Virus record (IMG/VR): IMGVR_UViG_3300048858_000111
Coordinates: 1-56,145 of that record
Length of the DNA: 56,145 bases
Origin: a virus
Lineage: Duplodnaviria > Caudoviricetes
Reading direction: 5' to 3' (one strand)
Both the position numbers and the translations under genes were made by a program. A model generated the notes under the pieces. It did no database searches. It had not been told where the DNA came from and was given only the letters and a program-made list of their open reading frames with translations. This document shows positions 44,030-50,719 of the stretch, one piece after another (position 1 is the stretch's first letter; each line of letters opens with the position of its first letter).

Positions 44030-44937
44030 TGCCCACCATCGCATCCATCGGCACCACCCCGGCCGGCACCGCCTACACGACCTACACCGACTCGGTCGAC
44101 GGCAACGGCATGCGCTGGTCTGTCTCCGACACTTCCGCTGGCGGAAGCAACCTGCGGTGGCTGCTGTACGGGCATGGCGCCGGGGGCCTCGACACCGAGC
44201 TCCACAACTCCACCGGGCTTCGTCCCCTCCGGGACTTCGCGCTCGACCTCGGCGCCGTGATCATGGAGTGCTACGGCGGGCCCTCGCAGTCCCTCGGCAA
44301 GTTCCACTGGGGCCGCTCCTTCATGAGAACCGCCTACCGCGACCTGTTCGACACGGTGAGCGCGCAGCACGACCTCGGCGAGCAAGGGCTCATCGTCGGC
44401 ACGTCGATGGGGCGCACGGCGACGAACTGGACGTTTTTCTACGACGACCTCATCTCCACGAAGGCCGCCGCGCTCGTCGACATCGTCGGCGTCTGGGACT
44501 TCCTCGCCGAGTTCCGAAACCCGACGAACCCGAACCACTTCGGTCTCGCCGGCTACTACGGGCTCCCGTCGACGGCGAGCGACGCGGAGTTCCTGGCTGC
44601 CACCGACACCCACAACCCGCGCTCAACACCGGCCGAGCTCATCGCTGGGAAGACCGTCTACGTGTACGTGGCCGGGGGCGACCAGACTGCGAACCCGAGC
44701 TGGCACGGGCAGGTGTTCTGGGACACCTACTCCAACGTCCTCACCCCGGCCTCGCAGTTCGAGCGGCGCGAGGGAGCCACGCACGGCAGCACACCGGACA
44801 CGGTGCGGCTGGTGAGGTTCGCGGCCGACGTGTGGGAGATCTCACCGCCCGGCCCCGGCGACGGGACGCTGTACCGGGCGATCAACGTGTACCGGCGCGG
44901 CGCGAGCACCAGGCGATACCCCATCACCATCCGATAG
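44029..44937 (+). CDS. Alpha/beta-hydrolase (esterase-like)
   Basis: HGAGG oxyanion loop, GTSMG nucleophile elbow, GGD acid, ATHG histidine. Confidence 0.78.
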   Translation: MPTIASIGTTPAGTAYTTYTDSVDGNGMRWSVSDTSAGGSNLRWLLYGHGAGGLDTELHNSTGLRPLRDFALDLGAVIMECYGGPSQSLGKFHWGRSFMRTAYRDLFDTVSAQHDLGEQGLIVGTSMGRTATNWTFFYDDLISTKAAALVDIVGVWDFLAEFRNPTNPNHFGLAGYYGLPSTASDAEFLAATDTHNPRSTPAELIAGKTVYVYVAGGDQTANPSWHGQVFWDTYSNVLTPASQFERREGATHGSTPDTVRLVRFAADVWEISPPGPGDGTLYRAINVYRRGASTRRYPITIR

Positions 44938-44943
44938 CAAGAA

Positions 44944-44984
44944 GCCCCCTCAGCCCTCTTCGGAGTGGCTGAGGGGGCGCTTTG
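44944..44984. terminator. Intrinsic terminator ending the late operon
   Basis: GCCCCCTCAGCC...GGCTGAGGGGGC between convergent genes, TTTG tail. Confidence 0.85.
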
Positions 44985-44987
44985 TCG

Positions 44988-45770
44988 TTAGTCCGAGAGG
45001 ATCACGATTCGATTCGCTGGGCCGGTGTGTTCTGGACTGGCCAAGGTGGTCCTTTCTACGAAATCCGCGTGTTGGACGGAGTCCAACGTCGGCCAGCGGT
45101 GCGCCTCCATCTCGTCAATACCTGACCAGAGAATCACGGCGTTGCGCTCTGTGAGGGCGCCCCGGTCCATCAATGGTCGGAGGAGGGCTTGCTTCATGAC
45201 GACAAAGATTGCTTCACCCAGCCAGAACCAAGTCAGCTGAGACGGCTGAACCGTGTCGTCCCCCTCATAGGTAAGCCCGAAGCGGCTGTGCCTTGATGCC
45301 AGATCCCACCGAGCTGGCGTACCCCACACGAGGAACACGAGATGCCCCGGCGGCACCTCGTCTCGCTCGCGAATGAAGCGGATGTCAGCCTCCGAGAAGT
45401 TCCATGGCCCCCTGTCTCGGGTGGCGCGAAGCATGGCGACGATTGTCGCCCACACGGCAAGGTCTGCGGCGGCAGCGCGATCGAATACGGTGTCCTGACC
45501 GTAGGCCAATCTGGTGACGAGGTCGCGGGTCCGATTCTCGAACCCGTTCATCCAGGTGCCATTGCAGTCGTGGCAGGCTCGCCTGACTTGCACATCCAGT
45601 GGAGGCGAGTGGTACCGATGGCTGTGGTCCTCGCGTCCATTAGGCCCCTCCCAATAGGCGTCAACGGCCACGCTCTGCGCCGACTTTGGTAACGCCTCCT
45701 GCAGCTTCAGACCGATCAGATGCGTGGACGTCAGCTCTGAGGATCCGCAGAACATGCACGTGCGCGCCAC
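44988..45770 (-). CDS. HNH-like zinc-finger nuclease with uncharacterised C-terminal domain
   Basis: CMFCG....T.TH...RRACHDCNGTWM..FE; lower GC; GGAGGG RBS. Confidence 0.62.
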   Translation of the reverse strand: MARTCMFCGSSELTSTHLIGLKLQEALPKSAQSVAVDAYWEGPNGREDHSHRYHSPPLDVQVRRACHDCNGTWMNGFENRTRDLVTRLAYGQDTVFDRAAAADLAVWATIVAMLRATRDRGPWNFSEADIRFIRERDEVPPGHLVFLVWGTPARWDLASRHSRFGLTYEGDDTVQPSQLTWFWLGEAIFVVMKQALLRPLMDRGALTERNAVILWSGIDEMEAHRWPTLDSVQHADFVERTTLASPEHTGPANRIVILSD

Positions 45771-46015
45771 TAGGTTCCCTCCTCGAGAAACCCGATCCTA
45801 TTTCCCAGCTCCCGGAGTCCGTCGACTGCATCTTGGGCGGTAGCAAACGGCCCCAACGCGAACGCCCTCCGCGACAGATCTGCATCGTCTGCGTGACTCG
45901 CCCGCCATCCGTCGGCTTCTTCCTCGATGCGCCAGTCTGCGTCGACGAGCACCCCGTTGACTTCGCGCACGACCCAGTAGTGGTCGTCTTCGATACCGCG
46001 GGCGAGGAACAGCAT
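45770..46015 (-). CDS. Hypothetical protein
   Basis: 1-nt stop/start coupling on both sides. Confidence 0.6.
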   Translation of the reverse strand: MLFLARGIEDDHYWVVREVNGVLVDADWRIEEEADGWRASHADDADLSRRAFALGPFATAQDAVDGLRELGNRIGFLEEGT

Positions 46016-46152
46016 CAGCGGTCGACGGTGATCCAGAGCCGCTGCAACTCGCCACGGTCGGGTAGCGCGGCCTTCGCGGTCTCGTAATCGGGGCCCTCGC
46101 CTTGGTCTTCTCGGATCTCGCCGTCGACGCGGTAGGCGGTGCGCACGATCAT
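46015..46152 (-). CDS. 45-aa hypothetical protein (not in ORF track)
   Basis: MIVRTAYRVDGEIREDQGEG...; ATGA overlap upstream, TGATG downstream. Confidence 0.6.
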   Translation of the reverse strand: MIVRTAYRVDGEIREDQGEGPDYETAKAALPDRGELQRLWITVDR

Positions 46153-46454
46153 CTTCTGACTCTAGTGTCGGTGCGTGGTCCCATGCCGCGGTGCTGGTCG
46201 TTGAGCGCGTCGGGGATGAGAGACGCGAGCATCTCCCGGTTGCACGCCATGGCGGCGTCCTCGAGCTCGATGAAGTACCCCTGCCCGATGAGTCGGCGGG
46301 GCTCCTTGTACGTCACCGCTCGCCACCGCGAGGCAGGCTCGCCTTCGATGGTGAGCTGCACCCATCGGAGGACGGCGAACGGTTCCTTCGTGCCAGGGAC
46401 GGGGAAGTGCAGCTCCACGGGCCGCAGGGTCTGGACGGGCTTCCAGTCGGGCAC
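46149..46454 (-). CDS. Hypothetical protein
   Basis: GAGAGGAG RBS with GTG; WRAVTY..PRRLIG.GYF..LE.AA. Confidence 0.7.
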   Translation of the reverse strand: MPDWKPVQTLRPVELHFPVPGTKEPFAVLRWVQLTIEGEPASRWRAVTYKEPRRLIGQGYFIELEDAAMACNREMLASLIPDALNDQHRGMGPRTDTRVRR

Positions 46455-46537
46455 GGTCGCTCCTCTCGTGGGGAGCGCGCCGGCCCGCGCAGCACTGATG
46501 GTAGGCACCACCACCGACGACACGCCAAATGACAAAT

Positions 46538-46570
46538 GCCCCCGACCAGCGCCTCTTGCTGGTCGGGGGC
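46538..46570 (-). terminator. Intrinsic terminator
   Basis: GCCCCCGACCAGC...GCTGGTCGGGGGC, then ATTTGTCATTT on minus strand. Confidence 0.85.
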
Positions 46571-46586
46571 GATCTGTGCCCTGCTG

Positions 46587-47276
46587 CTAGTCGTCGAGTC
46601 CGTTGAAGTCGCTGCTAGAGCAGCTGACGTACGCATAAGCGCCTGTCGATGTCTGCTCGCTGACCACTTCGCCGTCGATGCTGATTCGGCACGTCACCGA
46701 CCCTGGCTCGGCACCCGTCGTTCCTGACAGCGAGAAGGACTTGTAGTCGAAGTCATCCCCTGTCGGAACCGTGAACTCCTTCACGAACGGGATGGGGACA
46801 CCGTCTGCCGACTCCGAACCAGACGATCCGTTCGTGTAGGTCGAATAGCGGGCGTCGATCGTTGGCGCGTCACCGGTGATCTCGTACTTCACGGCGACCG
46901 GGACGGCGGCCGCTGCAGAGTTCGATGCCTGCACTTCCTCGTAGCTCGAGCTCACCGATGCAGCGAAGCCAGCGGTGTACACGATCGCAAGGATGATCGA
47001 CAGAATGAGCGCGACGAAGCTGATCACGGCTCCTGCGATCGCGGCGCCCTTCGACCGGCCCTTCAGGAAGATCGCAATGACACCGAGGACGAGTCCGATG
47101 AACGCGATGAATCCAGAGCCGTAGTTCAGGAAGGGGATGAAGGCTCCGACGAGTGCCAGGATGCCGATGATGAGGGCGGCGATGCCCAGCCCATTCGTCT
47201 TCTTCTCGGGCGCGGGAGCCGCGTACTGGGGTGCAGCAGGAGGCGGGTACATGGGTGGTTGCTGTGGCTCAGTCAT
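46587..47276 (-). CDS. Membrane protein (DUF4190-like TMs plus MmpS-like domain)
   Basis: Pro-rich N-terminus, TNGLGIAALI.GI, three TMs, VKYEITG...VTCRISIDGEVV...VSC. Confidence 0.78.
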   Translation of the reverse strand: MTEPQQPPMYPPPAAPQYAAPAPEKKTNGLGIAALIIGILALVGAFIPFLNYGSGFIAFIGLVLGVIAIFLKGRSKGAAIAGAVISFVALILSIILAIVYTAGFAASVSSSYEEVQASNSAAAAVPVAVKYEITGDAPTIDARYSTYTNGSSGSESADGVPIPFVKEFTVPTGDDFDYKSFSLSGTTGAEPGSVTCRISIDGEVVSEQTSTGAYAYVSCSSSDFNGLDD

Positions 47277-47370
47277 GTGTAGATGATGACAGAGCGCTTC
47301 TCCGCGCGGTGGCACCCGAAAGGGGGACGCGCACCATTCGGGTGTCGGTGGTGGGTGGCATCGTGGCTCC

Positions 47371-47649
47371 ATGCTCACCGACCAGGAACACGCCATCCTC
47401 GCCTTCGAGGAGCACTGGATCGACAGACCCGCAGGTGCGCGCGAGCTCGCGATCTTCGACACCTTCGGGTGGCGGCTGCCCCGTCACCAGCAAGTCCTGG
47501 GCCGGATGCTCGAACGGCAGGACGTGATCGCCGCGGCCCCGCAGCTCGTCTACCGCCTCCTCGCTCGGCGAGAGCGACGCCTCGCGGCGCGGGCAGCACG
47601 CCTTGCTCCCAGACCTGTGAGGCGATCCGCCACTTACTCGCCACTTTGA
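47371..47649 (+). CDS. DUF3263-family protein
   Basis: LTD.E.AILAFE..W...E.AI...FG....R..Q.L...P.LV.RL...R. Confidence 0.75.
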   Translation: MLTDQEHAILAFEEHWIDRPAGARELAIFDTFGWRLPRHQQVLGRMLERQDVIAAAPQLVYRLLARRERRLAARAARLAPRPVRRSATYSPL

Positions 47650-47732
47650 ATCCAAGGTGCCCGGAATTCGTCGGAAATCACCGGAAGGAGCGGCGCACCG
47701 CAGCACCGAGAATTCGCGCCAGTCGGCACTTT
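47628..47732 (+). promoter_or_regulatory. Integrase arm-type sites of attR
   Basis: CGCCACTT at 47628 and 47639; TCGGCACTTT at 47723; same motif at 1-17. Confidence 0.7.
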
Positions 47733-47742
47733 TCGGCTATCT

Positions 47743-48066
47743 TCAGAAATCGCACTCCGTATCAGTGGGTTCTGGGTTCAAGTCCCAGGGGGTGCACACT
47801 ACGCGGGTCGGCCCGCCGGGAAGTGTCCGACCCGTCATCAGCCAATAGGCATCGACCCCGGTGCGGTCGGCGATCTTGTCGGCGATCTCCGCGAGGTTAC
47901 GCGGCTTGCTGCCGAACGTCTCCCACTGCCGCCACGAGCCGGCGGGGATAGCGCACGCGAGCGCCGCTTCCTTCGCGTTCCAGCCCATCATGTGACGCAC
48001 CATCGCCAGTCGTACCGAGAAGTCGCCGGCGGTCGGCACCCACCCGGCAATTGCCATATCGCTCAT
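47743..48066 (-). CDS. XRE-family repressor whose 3' end spans the att core
   Basis: RLAMVRHMMGWNAKEAALACAIPAGSWRQWE...IA..TGVD..WL.TG; tail CTPWDLNPEPTD is the tRNA antisense. Confidence 0.85.
   Translation of the reverse strand: MSDMAIAGWVPTAGDFSVRLAMVRHMMGWNAKEAALACAIPAGSWRQWETFGSKPRNLAEIADKIADRTGVDAYWLMTGRTLPGGPTRVVCTPWDLNPEPTDTECDF
47761..47797 (+). repeat. att core: 3' half of a tRNA (probably tRNA-Lys CTT); attR of prophage 1 and left end of prophage 2
   Basis: A-TCAGT-GGGTT-CTGGG-TTCAAGT-CCCAG-GGGGTGC-AC: anticodon 3' strand, T-arm and acceptor strand, no 5' half; isotype from recall, anticodon absent. Confidence 0.85.
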
Positions 48067-48167
48067 GCCACCCATCTAACCGCATTGCGTGAATATCGTG
48101 CAATAGGGCGCATGCGTCGGCGTGGCGTGATTGACGCTAATTACACTCGTGTGATTCACTCACCTGC
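48067..48167. promoter_or_regulatory. Divergent promoter/operator region of prophage 2
   Basis: TTGACG (48131-48136); imperfect palindrome AATTACAC-TC-GTGTGATT (48139-48156); TTGCAC on minus strand. Confidence 0.6.
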
Positions 48168-48350
48168 ATGCCGAGTGAAATCACGCTATTCACGACTACC
48201 CAGGTCGCAGAGCGTTTCGACGTGGACACATCCACGGTACGCCGCTGGGTGCTCACCGGACGCCTCACTCCGACAGACACGACGCCCGGCGGTCACCACC
48301 GCTTCACGCAGGCCGACCTCGACGAGATGAAGCGTGGTCGCCGATCGTGA
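48168..48350 (+). CDS. MerR-like HTH (Cro/excisionase)
   Basis: TTTQVAERFDVDTSTVRRW...G.L....TPGGH.RF...DL. Confidence 0.85.
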   Translation: MPSEITLFTTTQVAERFDVDTSTVRRWVLTGRLTPTDTTPGGHHRFTQADLDEMKRGRRS

Positions 48351-49015
48351 GTGAGCCGAAGAACGTCGGCGGCTTCCTCGTGCGCCGCATGCAGGCGTGG
48401 GAGCGCGACTACACCACCATCCCCAACGCGTACGTGCGCGACGGCCGCCTGAGCTACAAGGCGCGGGGCATCCTCGCGGTGCTGATGAGCCACCAGGACG
48501 GCTACCAGCTCAGCCTCAAGGCACTCGCCGAGAGCAGCCGCGAGGACGGCATCGCAGCCGTCCGAACCGCGGTCAACGAGCTGGAGACGTTCGGCTACCT
48601 CGTGCGCGTCGACAAGCGTCTGCACGGCGGCAACAACGGCACCCGGTGGGAGCTGACCGACCCCACCGTGCCGCTGTTCGACCCTGTGGATAACACCCCC
48701 TCGACCCCATTCGAAAATCGCACGTCCGAAAATCGCACGTCCGAAAATCGCATGCAAACCCCATTCGAAAATCGCACGCAAGAAGAAGACCAAGTTAAGA
48801 AAACTAGAGCTTCCCAAGGTGACCCTACGAGCGGCGCTGCTCGGCCTGGGGATAACTCGGACGCCTTCGGCGCGCCCTCCGACCCGCTGACCCGATGGCT
48901 GAGCGAGCGATGCCCCGCCGACTGGCACGAGCCGCCGGCACCCCACGACCTCGGCACGAACGGCAAATGCCGAGGGTGCTACGAGCCCGCCCCACGAGAG
49001 GAAGCCCACGCATGA
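48347..49015 (+). CDS. Replication initiator (wHTH)
   Basis: YTTIPN...RD.RLS.KARG.L..L.SH...AV..A..ELE..GYL; internal iterons. Confidence 0.82.
   Translation: MSEPKNVGGFLVRRMQAWERDYTTIPNAYVRDGRLSYKARGILAVLMSHQDGYQLSLKALAESSREDGIAAVRTAVNELETFGYLVRVDKRLHGGNNGTRWELTDPTVPLFDPVDNTPSTPFENRTSENRTSENRMQTPFENRTQEEDQVKKTRASQGDPTSGAARPGDNSDAFGAPSDPLTRWLSERCPADWHEPPAPHDLGTNGKCRGCYEPAPREEAHA
48685..48855. repeat. Probable origin: four iterons flanked by DnaA boxes
   Basis: CGAAAATCGCA at 48712, 48727, 48742, 48766; TGTGGATAA (48685-48693) and TGGGGATAA (48847-48855); A-rich tract near 48780-48808. Confidence 0.75.
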
Positions 49016-49383
49016 GAATCACCGTCGATAGCCACCCGATCGAGAAGCAGGGCATACCCGAGAAGCTGCGACAGCTCGCTCGAGCGTTCGTCACCACCGA
49101 GCAGCAGGTTGACGACTTCGACACCGCCGACGCCCTACACCGAGGCTCAGCGAACCTGCGGTTCGTCGCGCAGATGGTCGAGGAAGGCTCGGCAGACGAC
49201 GACACAGGGTTGCTCTGGTGCGCAGCCGCCTACCGCCTGCTCGCCGCAGTGAGGGCACGGATGGATGATGCAGTCCACGAGGAGCGCGCACAGCGTCGCG
49301 TCGAGCTACCCATGCCCAAGCCGAGCGACACACCCGCAGCCAAACGCGCGTACGCCAAGGCGCGAGAGTCGGTAGAGCTGTGA
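49012..49383 (+). CDS. Hypothetical protein
   Basis: GAGGA RBS; coupled. Confidence 0.62.
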   Translation: MRITVDSHPIEKQGIPEKLRQLARAFVTTEQQVDDFDTADALHRGSANLRFVAQMVEEGSADDDTGLLWCAAAYRLLAAVRARMDDAVHEERAQRRVELPMPKPSDTPAAKRAYAKARESVEL

Positions 49384-49586
49384 GCCCCGTCGACGCGGTT
49401 CTGCTCATCCTCGGCCTGTCCATCGCCCTCGCACTGTGGGTCATGGTCGGCGTCATGCTCACCCGCGAGGCCCGCCAGCGTGCGTGCGTGATCGACGGCA
49501 CGGAGCGGCCGCAGCGGGCGCTCTCGAGGCGGCGAGTGAATCGCTTAGTGCGTCGATGGGAATCCGCGCGGGACGCGATCTCGTGA
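49380..49586 (+). CDS. Small single-TM protein
   Basis: AVLLILGLSIALALWVMVGVML; coupled. Confidence 0.62.
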   Translation: MSPVDAVLLILGLSIALALWVMVGVMLTREARQRACVIDGTERPQRALSRRRVNRLVRRWESARDAIS

Positions 49587-49969
49587 GCGCGCTTGACGGC
49601 TCGATCGAGGTCGGTGACGTGGTGTGGCAGCAGATGTACGACCCGCAGCACCCGACACCGCAGGCCACGCTCGCCGAGCGCATCGCCGCCGGCAAGACCT
49701 ACGGCGATCGCCGCATCATGCGCGTGCTCGGCATCTGGCCCTACAAAGGCGATAGCTGCAACTCGTGCTTGGGCGCGGGTCGCAGCATGCTCCGCGATCG
49801 CCTGCCGTGCGTGCCGTGCTCGGGTGCGGGCGTCATCCATCGGCCGCACGTCACGGTCAGGTGGGCGCTGGCCGAGTACGGCCGCGAGGGTGACGACTCG
49901 ACGCACTCATGGGTCGACGACAGCTGGTGTGTGCTCGAGCACGCGACCTTGGACGGCGCACTGTGGTGA
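49583..49969 (+). CDS. DnaJ-type zinc-finger protein; homologue of 9088-9474
   Basis: CNSCLGAG and CVPCSGAG; colinear 128 aa. Confidence 0.8.
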   Translation: MSALDGSIEVGDVVWQQMYDPQHPTPQATLAERIAAGKTYGDRRIMRVLGIWPYKGDSCNSCLGAGRSMLRDRLPCVPCSGAGVIHRPHVTVRWALAEYGREGDDSTHSWVDDSWCVLEHATLDGALW

Positions 49970-50280
49970 CGCTCCGCATCCCACACGGCGACGGCGCACT
50001 CGCCGACCCCGATCTGCCAGAGCAGAAGTGGGGCGGCCGCAAGGCGCAGCAGTACGTCCGCCTCACGCTCGAGCAGTACGGAGATCGCTGCTGGCTGTGC
50101 GGGTTGCCCGGCTCGACGACCGCCGACCACGTGATACCTCGCTCGCACGGCGGCGCAGTCTACGACCTGCGCAACCTCGCGCCGGCACACAAGAAGTGCA
50201 ACGAGTCACGAGGCAATCGAGAAGCCGAAGGGCCCGCGCGCATCGTCGAAAGCGGCCTCGATTTCTTTAGAGCGGCCTAG
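49966..50280 (+). CDS. HNH endonuclease (packaging-associated)
   Basis: CWLCG.PG.TTADHVIPRSHGG....NL.PAH..CN..RG. Confidence 0.9.
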   Translation: MTLRIPHGDGALADPDLPEQKWGGRKAQQYVRLTLEQYGDRCWLCGLPGSTTADHVIPRSHGGAVYDLRNLAPAHKKCNESRGNREAEGPARIVESGLDFFRAA

Positions 50281-50340
50281 CCGGACACCCACGCGCAGCC
50301 GTTTCCATTTCTCCCCATCTCTCCACAAAAAACCGAGGTT
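50281..50340. other. Candidate cos region of prophage 2
   Basis: GC core between T/C-rich and A-rich tracts, between HNH and TerS; positional inference. Confidence 0.35.
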
Positions 50341-50347
50341 GACCAGG

Positions 50348-50719
50348 ATGAACGCCGATCAAATCGAATTGCCCGGGCTCGAGCTGAATGCCGCCAACGG
50401 CGCTACGGCGTCTGCGCTGCGACGGGCTGTGATCGAGACGATCAGCGCGCTGCACCAGGCCAACCTGCTCGAGCCCCGGCACGCGGCCATGTGTCAGCTC
50501 GCGCTCGAGCTCGCCGACGCTGTTGCCGCCGGCACCCGCTCGGGACGCGCATCCGCTGCGGCTATGGCAGCCGGCCAGCTCCGCGAAACGCTCGAGGCGT
50601 TGCCCCAGCCGAAGACCGAGGGCGCCGAGCAGAAGTTCGAAGCGTGGGTGCTCGCGCTGAAAGCCGCCGGCGAGGTCGAAGAGAAGCCGGCCGACGCTCA
50701 GCCGCCGGCCGAGCAGTGA
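50348..50719 (+). CDS. terS: Terminase small subunit
   Basis: Helical LA..LA..V....S.A.A....L...L..L; directly upstream of terL. Confidence 0.7.
   Translation: MNADQIELPGLELNAANGATASALRRAVIETISALHQANLLEPRHAAMCQLALELADAVAAGTRSGRASAAAMAAGQLRETLEALPQPKTEGAEQKFEAWVLALKAAGEVEEKPADAQPPAEQ

Larger units (their letters stand above)
1..47797. mobile_element. Prophage 1: apparently complete temperate siphovirus; attL expected just left of the window
   Basis: Integrase at left end; immunity, replication, packaging, head, tail and lysis modules in canonical order; ends at a tRNA 3'-fragment with arm-type repeats matching those at the integrase 3' end. Confidence 0.93.

Noticed and set aside
47720-47800. 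Complete tRNA gene
   Set aside because: Only the 3' half is present; no D-arm, anticodon or 5' acceptor strand complementary to GGGGTGC upstream, so it is annotated as an att core
48704-48778. Short repeats as a CRISPR array
   Set aside because: 11-bp units with 4-13 nt gaps inside a rep gene, no cas genes; better explained as iterons
9088-49969. Duplicated gene as DGR template/variable repeat or as prophage terminal repeats
   Set aside because: No reverse transcriptase in the window, differences are not adenine-specific, both copies are intact genes and neither lies at an element boundary
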